From a virus, in the IMG/VR virus record IMGVR_UViG_3300008952_002784, positions 72,954 through 136,953 of that record: a DNA stretch of 64,000 nucleotides. One strand, 5' to 3'. Below are positions 1 through 10,421 of the stretch, one piece after another (the first letter of the stretch is position 1; every line of letters starts with the position of its first letter). The notes under the pieces are model-generated. The model did no database searches. It saw only the letters and a program-made list of their open reading frames with translations, and had not been told where the DNA came from. The position numbers and the translations under genes are program-made.

Positions 1-1
1 A

Positions 2-3000
2 ACACCGTCACAATGGGGCGGCGGAATTGTCGCTCCCGGGGTTGTCAAAAAAGGAGTATCAGATCACAGTGCCAGACACGGGTCTATAGACATAAACCCA
101 GCACGTCTTTTCGAAAGAACAGGCATAAAATCCCAGACAGTCGAATCAGATTTAGGGCAATACAAATTACAGGGTTCTGGCACATTTGACCAGACAGAGT
201 TCACCCGCGAAGTACTGACGCCGTTTGATGAGTCAGCACATCCGTTCTCATTTGACTTTAGACACAATAGGTTAGTTGATCCTAAACATAGCACAGATTT
301 GTCTATGTCTGGCGAATTCTTTGGAACGGGATCAAACCCGTCCATTGTTGGTTATGGATTTGCTTCAAAATTGGGTTCAAAGCATGTAATTGAAATTGAT
401 TTGACGCCCACCACCGGATCAACTCAGTTAAAGTATACTACAGGCTCCGGTCAAATGACAATGGCATACTTTCAATTCAATGAGCATAACAAGGGCGGCT
501 CACCAGCAAAAGGCGACGGACCAGACTATACATATTATGATGCAGAAGGGCCATCTAGATCATTTAAGGGAATTGGGTTGCAAAAGCAACTGCTTCTTTC
601 TGCATCTGCATCTGACATTATTGACTCTGGTCAAGACGCTCCTGGAGGTCCAAGTAGCCCATCGACTGCTGAATTAAATTATTTTGTTGATAATCTATAC
701 GCCGGCTTTGGCCAGGGTACTTTGCAAAGATCTCATAATGAAAAGTCACACCCGGCCGGCCCACGTGGTAAAGGCGCGGGTGTAATAAAGCGCACATGGG
801 ATAACGCATCATGGTCATCTCCAATAACTACATTTGGGTTTCCGTTTCATCCAAAGTATCATGCCACATCATCAATGACCTACCCACTGTCAGGTGTTAT
901 CGACGGTCCTTTCTTATTCGAAAAGGCAGTGTATGTATTTAAAGCAAGGACAACGGGTTCAAATGTTATCTCTTGGGGTGAGGGAAAGAATCAGGACGAA
1001 GACTGGGGAGGCCCAGATTACGGCGGCACTACAACAATTTCTGACTGGTCTAACTTGAGCTATGATACAACGCTCTCTAGCGCTCAACTCGGCCTTCAGT
1101 ACCCAGCATATGCAAATCTTCCAGCGTACACATTTTTTATTCTGAATCAGAGAAAAGCCAACGTAGACTCAGGTGTCGAACAGGCAGTGAACAGAGTTAC
1201 GATGGTTGACAATCTATATACTAATACGGGATCAGCAAGCACTGACATTGCTGAGTACCCTATTGCCAGACCGTTTATGATACCTACTGGGGCCATGTCT
1301 TCCGGGCACACTAGCATACAGACAGGCTCAAGTGTAACTCAAGGGTACCAAATTTCGAAAGATGGCCCTGGGCTTTATGTTGACACAATTAGAGATATTG
1401 TTTCATTTTCCAGATTTATGCTAGCACCAGATATTGTCAGTGGGTCAGACCCAATGGCATACGCAAAAACAATACAGACAAAGAAAGGGGGATTTAAAGT
1501 TGACCCAAGAACATATGCAGACACAGTTATATCTGGTGTCAACCCGAACAGCGAGTTTGTATTGGCCGCCGGAGGGTCGTCACTAGGGTCACACAATTTA
1601 AATTTAGATGGTGAAGTAATATCTTTGGCATTTGAAGCTCGATGTCCAATTCCAAACAAAAGATCAGGGCTTATGTTTTTGGGAGGACAAGACTGGACAG
1701 ACGAAGGCCAGGCACAATTTGTTGACTCTCTTCAGACAGGCTATAATAATCCTGGGTCTAGTGGTTTGGGAATATCATCGGGAAGAAGAATATTAGGTGG
1801 AGAATTTCCGGGACTAAACACGCTTTATAGAAATGACTTTAAATTTGGCACTGTATCCGAAGGCTTTATTGATAATGCCGAAAAAGATTATAAAGTTGCA
1901 CCGTATCTTTTGCACCCGTCAGATGAGTTGATATTTGGCTGGCAAGCCCCCCTTCCTCAATCAATATCAGGGAGTAGTTATTCTCAACCTCAACCAGGCG
2001 GCCATGGCAATGCAGGTGACTGGGCTTCTGGTTCAAACTATTGCGGTTGGACTTTCCCCCCGCCATCAGTTTCAGGATATAATCCAGCACCCGGCGGAGG
2101 AGATAGATTACCCTCAATTCAAATACTTCCAGGTGAGGGAAAGCTTTATATATTCGGGACGTATATCAAAGAGGGTAGCGAAAAAGTAGAACCAACCAGC
2201 ACTCCAACGTCACTAAATATTCACGAAGCAATTATTGGTGGGTCAGAAGTATATGATCAATTTGATACAGAGCCTGCAATGATGCATAGCGGGACAATCT
2301 ACGATAATATTGTAGAGGGTTCAATGAATGCCAGAGGCTTAGAGCTCAAACATAAAGACTCTGCTATCGTTCGAAGGGTATACAGCAGACAGTCAGAGTC
2401 AACAGCTGGGAGCACAGGATCATTCACAAGAGGTGTTCGGTTAGTAGATCTAAATGAAAGATTTTATGACACATATTTGCCCGACTTGGGTGAAATGATG
2501 AAGATCAATGGAGATAGCCTTTTGGACGGTGCATCTGTGGGTGTTTCGAAATCGGGCAAGATGCTGACAATTGATGTGTCATACTCTGAACTAGACGGCG
2601 CCGGGGATTCTAATGATGTCTCCGGTGTTATAACAATACCTACACCACACAGTGGTACTCACAATGTTTTAGTTTTGTCACAACCCTCATACTTTAGTGC
2701 GTCTAATAAGACGTCAGGTGACATTGTCCATGTGCAAAATGAAGGCCCGGCCGATGCATTTGATACGCAGTGGCCCATGATATTTCCATTTGAGCCAAAA
2801 TATGCAAATATTGATAGATTATCTTCTCCTATCGACAAGAATAAGAGCATGGCAGTCATAACAGGATCAGACGGATCTAAAATTAGAGACGGAAAAATCA
2901 CACATGTGCTATTGACTGGAACGCTTTCCTTTATGAAAAGTATAGGCGCAGGCCCAATAGACACAGAGTATGTATACGGTCATAGAAACATACGATATGC

Positions 3001-4066
3001 TTATAAGTTTGCCAACTTAAGTTCAAATAAAGTAGATGGACTTTCCTCAATGGGATTCCACTCAGCATCAGATGGTGGCGCCTCTTGGACGTCTGTTGAC
3101 TCATGGGCTCACGGAACTTACGGTTATATGACCAGATCAAATGGCTATATTATCCGAACCGGTGCATTTAAACTAAATGGAAGACATTATAAGACAACAG
3201 AGTCATCATACGGTTATATTGTTGACAATGCAGATTATTATGCAAATTTGCATCCCAATGCTTTTGGCCCAGGCGGAGATCTGCACCCGGATAATACAGA
3301 CTCTGATAGTGATTCTTCTCATTTTTGGTATAACTGGGATGCAGTTTTTGGTCAAGGCAGCGCCCCATCACACGGAAATACTTCCCCACGCGGCCTTATG
3401 ACCGGCACTATAGCAGCAGAGAATAACTCCGGCGCCGGCGGAGTATTGGCTGACACAGAAGACAATCGAACGTTTGCAAATGGATTGCCTCCATCAAATT
3501 TGCCATTATCATCTGCTGTAGATCATATACAGTTTAATAGTCAAGTAGGATTCAATTTGACTGCACTGTATTTTGGCATCGGCGACGGCGTACACAATAC
3601 TGTACAATTTGGAAGAACATCGGCTCCCGTAGGTAATGCTTTGAGAACGATCAATAACAGTTATTATTTGCTCCACAAAACTCAAAAGTTTTATTTGATG
3701 TCTCAGCCTGTACTGCGAGGATTTAGATATGGAGTAAAAAACATAAAACCAGAAAAGTCATCAGCAGTATTTAGTAGAACTCATTATGGTCACTTTAGAG
3801 ATATGCATGAGCAACGTCTGTATAGTCGATTTACAAATGCTGACGGCTTGCAAGATCCTGTCATTACATCACTATTTGTTGATAGAGGAACGGGAAATGT
3901 AACATCGCCAGAAAGTACAAATTGTCAGAATCTAAGTCAACATTCCACGTCATCGCTACCTTACTTTGATGGAGAAGCAAGGGATAGAAAATCAATACCT
4001 CCTGATATGGATATTTCTTCAACTAGCATAACAATTATAGACACTACTGACTTAACCGAATTGTAG
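2..4066 (+). CDS. Large Gly/Ser/Thr-rich virion (baseplate/fibre-type) protein, 5'-truncated by the window edge
   Basis: The frame of ORF 299..4066 stays open back to position 2 (TPSQWGGGIVAPG...), so the true start is upstream of the window. G/S/T-rich, structural gene context. Confidence 0.65.
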   Translation, partial: TPSQWGGGIVAPGVVKKGVSDHSARHGSIDINPARLFERTGIKSQTVESDLGQYKLQGSGTFDQTEFTREVLTPFDESAHPFSFDFRHNRLVDPKHSTDLSMSGEFFGTGSNPSIVGYGFASKLGSKHVIEIDLTPTTGSTQLKYTTGSGQMTMAYFQFNEHNKGGSPAKGDGPDYTYYDAEGPSRSFKGIGLQKQLLLSASASDIIDSGQDAPGGPSSPSTAELNYFVDNLYAGFGQGTLQRSHNEKSHPAGPRGKGAGVIKRTWDNASWSSPITTFGFPFHPKYHATSSMTYPLSGVIDGPFLFEKAVYVFKARTTGSNVISWGEGKNQDEDWGGPDYGGTTTISDWSNLSYDTTLSSAQLGLQYPAYANLPAYTFFILNQRKANVDSGVEQAVNRVTMVDNLYTNTGSASTDIAEYPIARPFMIPTGAMSSGHTSIQTGSSVTQGYQISKDGPGLYVDTIRDIVSFSRFMLAPDIVSGSDPMAYAKTIQTKKGGFKVDPRTYADTVISGVNPNSEFVLAAGGSSLGSHNLNLDGEVISLAFEARCPIPNKRSGLMFLGGQDWTDEGQAQFVDSLQTGYNNPGSSGLGISSGRRILGGEFPGLNTLYRNDFKFGTVSEGFIDNAEKDYKVAPYLLHPSDELIFGWQAPLPQSISGSSYSQPQPGGHGNAGDWASGSNYCGWTFPPPSVSGYNPAPGGGDRLPSIQILPGEGKLYIFGTYIKEGSEKVEPTSTPTSLNIHEAIIGGSEVYDQFDTEPAMMHSGTIYDNIVEGSMNARGLELKHKDSAIVRRVYSRQSESTAGSTGSFTRGVRLVDLNERFYDTYLPDLGEMMKINGDSLLDGASVGVSKSGKMLTIDVSYSELDGAGDSNDVSGVITIPTPHSGTHNVLVLSQPSYFSASNKTSGDIVHVQNEGPADAFDTQWPMIFPFEPKYANIDRLSSPIDKNKSMAVITGSDGSKIRDGKITHVLLTGTLSFMKSIGAGPIDTEYVYGHRNIRYAYKFANLSSNKVDGLSSMGFHSASDGGASWTSVDSWAHGTYGYMTRSNGYIIRTGAFKLNGRHYKTTESSYGYIVDNADYYANLHPNAFGPGGDLHPDNTDSDSDSSHFWYNWDAVFGQGSAPSHGNTSPRGLMTGTIAAENNSGAGGVLADTEDNRTFANGLPPSNLPLSSAVDHIQFNSQVGFNLTALYFGIGDGVHNTVQFGRTSAPVGNALRTINNSYYLLHKTQKFYLMSQPVLRGFRYGVKNIKPEKSSAVFSRTHYGHFRDMHEQRLYSRFTNADGLQDPVITSLFVDRGTGNVTSPESTNCQNLSQHSTSSLPYFDGEARDRKSIPPDMDISSTSITIIDTTDLTEL

Positions 4067-4077
4067 AGTAATGTAAT

Positions 4078-4455
4078 ATGGCATCAAGCATTGATAAAAA
4101 ATCGATTAAAACTTCTGAAAAACTATTAGTTGCCGATAATGAAGGCCAGATTTCATCTTTAGTTTTCCCGCATAAGATGCAAATAGGAATCCCTAGCAAA
4201 GATTATAATAGTAATTTAGAAGTGTACGGCTCAGTAATATTAAAGGGTGAAGAGAGTGTTGTCGCATCAAAAAATACATCGATGTTTCGAGGTGGTGGAT
4301 TTATTTACGCTAATAGTTCAGTCATGACAGGTTCTCTAACATTTCCGGAAAATTATAATGGATTGATAATGGGCCCATACGTGATAGGTGATACATGCAC
4401 CTTGACAATATCATCAGGCTCGTCATTAGTAGTGAAAGGATTTGAAGACTTTTAG
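4078..4455 (+). CDS. Small fibre-associated structural protein
   Basis: C-terminal NYNGLIMGPYVIGDTCTLTISSGSSLVV resembles beta-rich C-termini of phage fibre proteins; directly precedes a fibre gene. Confidence 0.45.
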   Translation: MASSIDKKSIKTSEKLLVADNEGQISSLVFPHKMQIGIPSKDYNSNLEVYGSVILKGEESVVASKNTSMFRGGGFIYANSSVMTGSLTFPENYNGLIMGPYVIGDTCTLTISSGSSLVVKGFEDF

Positions 4456-4463
4456 GAAAGAAT

Positions 4464-5795
4464 ATGAGTAAACTCAAAGTAAATAAAATAGGCCCGCTAA
4501 GTGGAAATTCTTTCACAATTCTTGATGATGACGGTTCATCATCTAGAATAACAATTGATACATCAGGTAACGTAGGTATAGGGCAATCGTCACCTTCAGC
4601 TAAGCTAGAAATAGAGGTAGGCTCTGCAGACGGAGTAACCGGTTTATTGATTGATGCAGATGATGCAGATCAAATTGCATTGCAAATAGAATCAGATCAG
4701 ACTACTGTAGATGTTATTGATATTACAGCAGACTCACTAACCACAGGTTATGTAATCGACATATCTGCTGATGCTCTAACATCAGGGAGAATACTAAACC
4801 TGGATTCTGATTCTTCTAGCACTTCAACTAGATATCTAGTTCATCTTGCTAATAATAATACTGCAGCGGTAAACACTATTCCGCTTATCATACAGCAAGA
4901 CGCAGTTGAAATTGCTGCAAGAATATGGACGTCTCAATCATCATTTACAGAGCCGTTATTAGAAGTGAAAAATCTAGGTTCAGATGCTCAAGGTCCTATT
5001 TTACGTCTAACCAAGAATGGATCATCAGCTGCAGCAGCTGATGAATGCGGTGAGATAAGCTTTTATGGCGAAGACTCTGACGGTAATGCTACTGAGTTTG
5101 GCAATATTCAATGTATTCAGATAGATGAGACAGCAGGCTCTGAAGAAGGAGCTCTTGTTTTTTCTGTCGCAGAGTATGATGGCACACTTACTGAAGGGAT
5201 GAGAATATTGGGTCATTCAGCTGGTGCTAGAACTCAAGTATTGATTGGCCGGTCAACTTCATCATTTTCCACCCTGTTTGACTGCTATGCTAACTTGTCT
5301 GGATATGCAGGATCTTTTTACAATGATGGCGACTCTAGTGACCGAAAGGGTATTTACATCGTATGCGGCCCCGACACCCCGGCTTCTCAAGGTGATTGCG
5401 TATACATAGGCTTCGCCGACGGCAACTCAACAGCCGCGGGAGGAATTCAATGTGGCTCAACAGTAGCAAACCCTGAATTCTTCAACGGATCAGATGCTAG
5501 AATTAAAAACAATATTGCACCTACTAAAGTTATTGGCCTAGATGTAATTAATGGGCTTGAAATGAAGGAATTTCGATGGGATCCTGATTTTTGCTCATAC
5601 TCTGGGTTAAATAGAATTGGTTTTATTGCTCAAAATTGTGAAAACGTATATCCTGAAATGGTTTCTGAGCATGATCATAATTTGTATGACTTCGACATCA
5701 AGACAGTTGCAAAAGGAGAACTAATTCCAGTTCTAGTTAAAGCAATTCAGGAATTAAGCAATAAGATTGATTACATAGAGTCACAATTATCATGA
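4464..5795 (+). CDS. Tail fibre/spike with C-terminal intramolecular chaperone (peptidase S74-like) domain
   Basis: SDARIKNNI...GFIAQ...YPEMV...LVKAIQEL is the S74 chaperone pattern (from ~5490). Also GNVGIG fibre motif and internal ADSLTTG/ADALTSG repeats. Confidence 0.85.
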   Translation: MSKLKVNKIGPLSGNSFTILDDDGSSSRITIDTSGNVGIGQSSPSAKLEIEVGSADGVTGLLIDADDADQIALQIESDQTTVDVIDITADSLTTGYVIDISADALTSGRILNLDSDSSSTSTRYLVHLANNNTAAVNTIPLIIQQDAVEIAARIWTSQSSFTEPLLEVKNLGSDAQGPILRLTKNGSSAAAADECGEISFYGEDSDGNATEFGNIQCIQIDETAGSEEGALVFSVAEYDGTLTEGMRILGHSAGARTQVLIGRSTSSFSTLFDCYANLSGYAGSFYNDGDSSDRKGIYIVCGPDTPASQGDCVYIGFADGNSTAAGGIQCGSTVANPEFFNGSDARIKNNIAPTKVIGLDVINGLEMKEFRWDPDFCSYSGLNRIGFIAQNCENVYPEMVSEHDHNLYDFDIKTVAKGELIPVLVKAIQELSNKIDYIESQLS

Positions 5796-5816
5796 TCGAT
5801 GAAAGTTTGCTTAGGG

Positions 5817-5823
5817 ATAGTTA
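5817..5823 (+). promoter_or_regulatory. Putative late promoter motif variant ATAGTTA
   Basis: Shares the upstream context AAAGTTTGCT with the copy at 54978; ATG lies 6 nt downstream. Confidence 0.5.
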
Positions 5824-5829
5824 GATTAC

Positions 5830-6822
5830 ATGGCAGGAATTCTTAACAATAAACAACGTGTATTCGACTTTATCTTTACAGATCAAGGAAAAGAACAGCT
5901 AGTCAACAATTCACTGGAAATAAAGTATGCATCTTTTACAGATAGGCATACCTTCTATGAGACTTCAGGTTCAGATCGAGTAGCTACTGATGCTTCAAAT
6001 AGAATAATGTTTGAAGCAGTGTCTAGAGCTAGTGACTTAATAGTAGTAGAGTACGATCCACTAGGGAAAGTCAAGCCATTCAAAGCCGGCGACTTTTCAT
6101 ATGGCGGAATGTCTGTCCTCACATCTTCTGTTGACTTAGAAAGCAGCGGTACTATAGTCACACAACTCACAGGCGCAGCAATCCTCGAGTCAGCAGACAG
6201 TCTTATTCATGCCATATCAAATAATTTCAGAGATCAGCAGCTATTAGGTACGCTTGACTCAACATCTTCAACAGAGGGTTTTGAAGTTGACAAGACTAGT
6301 CACACGTTTACTGTTGACGACACAAAACCCCACCCACACGGATCCCTAGCAGACACTGATACACTAGGTACTAATGCAAATAGAAATATCAACGTAGCAT
6401 CAGTAAACGCAATTGAGAGCTTATTTCACGATAGAAGATTGGCACACTTGCCCAATTTTAAATATTTACCGCCAGTAAATCCAATCCAACCCGGGAGTAC
6501 TTCACCACCTCCCCTGGGGTCATATGTAAATCTTAATCAATCGTCTATAATGACTATCCAAGATTTAGAAGCAAATTTGGATAGTAAAGAATACGTTGAT
6601 ATTGACTTTATTGAGACATCAAGAGATAACAATATTATCGTTCAGCCGTTTGAGTTTAGATCAGACACAGGATTTAGCAAGCTAGCAATAATCGACTACG
6701 GAGAATTTGAAGATGAAGATCCTTCTTCTTTCGGTAAAAGAGTCTTTTTTGTAGGCAAGCTATTAGTAGATGATTTCGGGCAACAAACATTTGTCAATGT
6801 CTTTACAGTGGTGTTCGACTAA
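5830..6822 (+). CDS. Putative baseplate/structural protein; N-terminus similar to ORF 16707
   Basis: MAGILNNKQRVFDFIFTDQGKEQL vs MGFLDHSSNNIIVDAVLTEKGREIL. Confidence 0.5.
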   Translation: MAGILNNKQRVFDFIFTDQGKEQLVNNSLEIKYASFTDRHTFYETSGSDRVATDASNRIMFEAVSRASDLIVVEYDPLGKVKPFKAGDFSYGGMSVLTSSVDLESSGTIVTQLTGAAILESADSLIHAISNNFRDQQLLGTLDSTSSTEGFEVDKTSHTFTVDDTKPHPHGSLADTDTLGTNANRNINVASVNAIESLFHDRRLAHLPNFKYLPPVNPIQPGSTSPPPLGSYVNLNQSSIMTIQDLEANLDSKEYVDIDFIETSRDNNIIVQPFEFRSDTGFSKLAIIDYGEFEDEDPSSFGKRVFFVGKLLVDDFGQQTFVNVFTVVFD

Positions 6823-9800
6823 TGAAAGTATTACAGCAAGTATCAACTTCGACAACACTACAACAAGGTGCAGCTAATATAACTAGCGGCAAAAGTAGCA
6901 AAACGTCTACAGCTGCTTCTATTTCATCTTTAGCATCATCACCAGGTGTAACAGGTATATCAGTTTCGCAAGGTATCTCAGCTGCTTCAGCAGTCTCTAG
7001 CGTATCTAGTTTAGCCACACTGGGAACCACAAGAATGATTCCGATAACAGATCCATCAATTTCGTTTAGTGATGTATTCGAAATTGATTCTGACCGAGGT
7101 TTATCTTTACTGGTTGATTTATTACCGGGACAATATGTCGATGATCAAAACTTGGGTGTTTTGTCCACAGAGGGTGATTTTACTTATCAGCTTAGATTCT
7201 TCATTGATAAAACAGCAGCAATATCAAATTCTGTAACAAAAGTAGTGTTCAAGTTTTTCGAAGATCCGACAGGTACAGCCACTTCAAGAGAAACTAGTGG
7301 GCTAAGAAATACTAATTTGAACGATGCACTGAGCTCTGTGTCTATGATAAAAGGAAGGACAGCAGCATATAGTTCTGCAGTTTCAGCGCTTAGTACTTCT
7401 CCAGTTGTGTCATCTGTTAGCACAATATCACCCGCCACTAGTATCGCAACGTCTGTTGCATCTGTATCACTAACATCTCATCAATTAGAATTGATTAGTT
7501 CAACCTCAGCAACTGGTTATTTTAAAGAAGTGTCTGTTGATTTGTCCTCCTATCTTGGCATTGATGAAATACCATCTGTTACAGAATTAGCAGGGGGTGT
7601 CTTAGCGTCTATTCCAATTACATATACATTTGGTGTAAGTACAGCAGCAACACCGACAGCTGTTTCTGAAAAAATAACAAAGGGCTCACATACTACTATA
7701 ACATCTCAAATTGATCTAAAGCCAAAAGCTTTATCTGTCAATCCATTCAATAATGCAGGATTAGAAAATGGAAATGGATTGACAACATCAACTACATCTG
7801 TTACTAATAGAATGTCATCTAACGCCGGCGTCACTGCAGTGCAAAATTCTTTAATTGATCCAGCTGCACTTGGTCAATTATCATTTTCAGGAGCAACAAT
7901 AAGTAGTGCGATGGGAACTTCCATCCCCGGCCTCGGTAGTATGGGTGCTTCTTCATTTTCTATGGGTAACGTTACATCGACAGGAATAAACAGTGTAGCA
8001 ACAATGCAATCATTGCCAAACCCAGTAGCATTTGGCGTGTCATCTCCGATTAGTAATTTGAACAGTAATCTTGGATCGTTATCTATAGGAAATGATGACA
8101 ATAAAACAGTATTGAATTCAACTGCTATGAGTAATTTCTCTCAGGATTTATTTTCTAATCCTATAACTGATCTAAGCGCGCCAATAGACTCTATCTCGAC
8201 ATTGTCGTTACCTGCCAGCATAGCATCAGTAAGCATAGGCGAAATACAGTCTGAATTAATTGAGATAATACAAAACGTTTCATTTGGCATAGATTTCTTA
8301 GCACAAAGAGAGAAATTTTATGTTGTTGTTGAATTGATGGGCGACAACGGTGCAACACCGATTGCAACAAAAGAATTCTCCGTTCTTCACAGAGACATGT
8401 TGATCGAATTTTTATATCCCAGTATACCCCCTGCTGTTTCTTGTACTCTGAGTTTAGGTGATGTCAACAACATAATGATAACTCAACGAGATCCGATTGG
8501 AACACACGTAAGAATAGAAAGGAAGATAGTCGACCCAGACAACATGGACAACGGATTTCAAGTTATTGAAGACAAGATTTTAGTGTCACCCTCTATGGGA
8601 AGCATAATATATACTGACAGAGACGCGAATTGTTATAATCCCAAGTCTGCAATTTATCGAGTTACGCCTATAGGCCCTACTGGAGGTGAGGGAACAACGT
8701 TTGGCTGGACAGTTGTCAACGGAGTTCCTGTGCCCGAACCTGTAAAAAAGAGTGATAGTAAATATAGTGTAGTACTCAGTGCTGAGAATTCGGGTGACGG
8801 AATAAAGATTGAATTGTCGAATATTTCTGAAGCAATTCAGTCTATTACGTTGCTCAAAAAATGCTATTCTCTACGTGGTTTTCCTTCTCATTCTGAATAT
8901 ACACGAATTCCAATTCAGGGAAAGACAGTCTATAATTTGCCAGAGGGTAAAAAATCAGTAACTGTATTCGACAAGTCAGTTGTATCCAATTACGAGTACT
9001 TGTATCAGTGTGAAGTACACCCACGAGGCTTTGCAAGTTCTGAAGTTGCCAACGGTTACGCGCTCAAGGAGTATATAGCACCCGTGAGAGATAATGCTGC
9101 TGCGTCTATAGACGGATTTACATATGATAAAACAATTGGCGGTATAAAGTACAATTTGTCATCAACGCCTTCTGAACAATCATATCAAAGCATTCAAAAT
9201 CTACTCAAGTTAGCAAATGTTGCTGAATCGTTCATTGAAGATCTTAACGAAAATAGGTCTAGACTTGACGAGATGATAATGTTCCATGTTTCCAGATTCA
9301 ATCTAAGCTCCGGAAAGAAATATTCGTACGGGATTTACCCACCGGGAAAATTTGAAGACAGTGCTAAAGTTCAAGGAGCGAAAAATATTCCAGCTTTAGA
9401 GCCGGGAGTAACTTATCGATATGTCAATGAATTGATGCTGACGCCCCCCGAAATACTATTCAAAGACGCTGTGACCAAGATATCTACTCAGGGTCTAGTA
9501 GAGACAACAACATCAGTTTTGTCAGAGAAATTTTATAGCTCTTTGCTTGGCGATAGGCGTATGCCAAGTCAAAGAGAACTGAACGATCGATCATCATCAT
9601 CAGAAAAGCAGATATATCGAGGCAGAACAGGGATTGAGCTATCTCAAGAATACACAATCCCAGCAATACCTCCAGAGATATTATCAATAAGCGCTAGAAA
9701 GTCTTGTCTTGGGATTAATAATGTAACTTTCACATGCTCAGGAGATATTTCTAGAGTTGATCATTTTCTTGTTTGCTGCAGATATATGGGTACAACGAGT

Positions 9801-10421
9801 GTGCTAGGATCAGTAACACCCGGTCAGTCTAAGGGGTCAACATACACATTTAGAGATTTACAATTGTCCCGTGAGTTGGGTGACATAGAGTACTTTATTA
9901 TTCTTGTAAATAATAATTATACCAAAACGTACAATCCAACAAAGTCAGCAACTCTGTCACAATCGTCTGATGTTCCAAGCATATTGTTGAGCTTAAAACA
10001 TGCACCCAAGAATTCAATGCCGGATAATATTGTAGGTGTTGGAGGTTCGAAAGCCGGCTCACACAAAGCTGCTAGACTGTCAAGTAAGAATTCTAAGAGC
10101 GTTATACCAGGTGGTAGATCTACCAAGACAGGCAAATTTACAATTATGCGAGATGCTTCCGGAGTCTCACAAGCAGCATTAGTATCACAGAAAAGCGTCC
10201 AAGGTGCAGCTAGGGTAGGATCTACGTCTACAAAAAGAAGATCATCATCTGCTTCAAGTAGCAAACCAAAGAAAGCAACTGCATCACAGATCAAATCTTT
10301 GTCAGTAGATGAATCTACAGCTAGGTTACAAGGTACATCAAGTTCATCTAGGGCTAAGTCTACACAAAGCTCAACAAAAAGATCATCTCGTAGGTCTAGC
10401 GGAAAAGGAAGGAACAGGTAA
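6822..10421 (+). CDS. Large Ser/Thr-rich putative structural protein with basic C-terminal tail
   Basis: 1199-aa ORF with low-complexity S/T N-half, beta-rich middle and K/R/S-rich tail; start and stop overlap the neighbouring genes by 1 nt. Confidence 0.55.
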   Translation: MKVLQQVSTSTTLQQGAANITSGKSSKTSTAASISSLASSPGVTGISVSQGISAASAVSSVSSLATLGTTRMIPITDPSISFSDVFEIDSDRGLSLLVDLLPGQYVDDQNLGVLSTEGDFTYQLRFFIDKTAAISNSVTKVVFKFFEDPTGTATSRETSGLRNTNLNDALSSVSMIKGRTAAYSSAVSALSTSPVVSSVSTISPATSIATSVASVSLTSHQLELISSTSATGYFKEVSVDLSSYLGIDEIPSVTELAGGVLASIPITYTFGVSTAATPTAVSEKITKGSHTTITSQIDLKPKALSVNPFNNAGLENGNGLTTSTTSVTNRMSSNAGVTAVQNSLIDPAALGQLSFSGATISSAMGTSIPGLGSMGASSFSMGNVTSTGINSVATMQSLPNPVAFGVSSPISNLNSNLGSLSIGNDDNKTVLNSTAMSNFSQDLFSNPITDLSAPIDSISTLSLPASIASVSIGEIQSELIEIIQNVSFGIDFLAQREKFYVVVELMGDNGATPIATKEFSVLHRDMLIEFLYPSIPPAVSCTLSLGDVNNIMITQRDPIGTHVRIERKIVDPDNMDNGFQVIEDKILVSPSMGSIIYTDRDANCYNPKSAIYRVTPIGPTGGEGTTFGWTVVNGVPVPEPVKKSDSKYSVVLSAENSGDGIKIELSNISEAIQSITLLKKCYSLRGFPSHSEYTRIPIQGKTVYNLPEGKKSVTVFDKSVVSNYEYLYQCEVHPRGFASSEVANGYALKEYIAPVRDNAAASIDGFTYDKTIGGIKYNLSSTPSEQSYQSIQNLLKLANVAESFIEDLNENRSRLDEMIMFHVSRFNLSSGKKYSYGIYPPGKFEDSAKVQGAKNIPALEPGVTYRYVNELMLTPPEILFKDAVTKISTQGLVETTTSVLSEKFYSSLLGDRRMPSQRELNDRSSSSEKQIYRGRTGIELSQEYTIPAIPPEILSISARKSCLGINNVTFTCSGDISRVDHFLVCCRYMGTTSVLGSVTPGQSKGSTYTFRDLQLSRELGDIEYFIILVNNNYTKTYNPTKSATLSQSSDVPSILLSLKHAPKNSMPDNIVGVGGSKAGSHKAARLSSKNSKSVIPGGRSTKTGKFTIMRDASGVSQAALVSQKSVQGAARVGSTSTKRRSSSASSSKPKKATASQIKSLSVDESTARLQGTSSSSRAKSTQSSTKRSSRRSSGKGRNR

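Noticed and set aside
299-301. TTG at 299 as the start of the first gene
   Set aside because: The frame is open back to position 2, so the gene starts outside the window.
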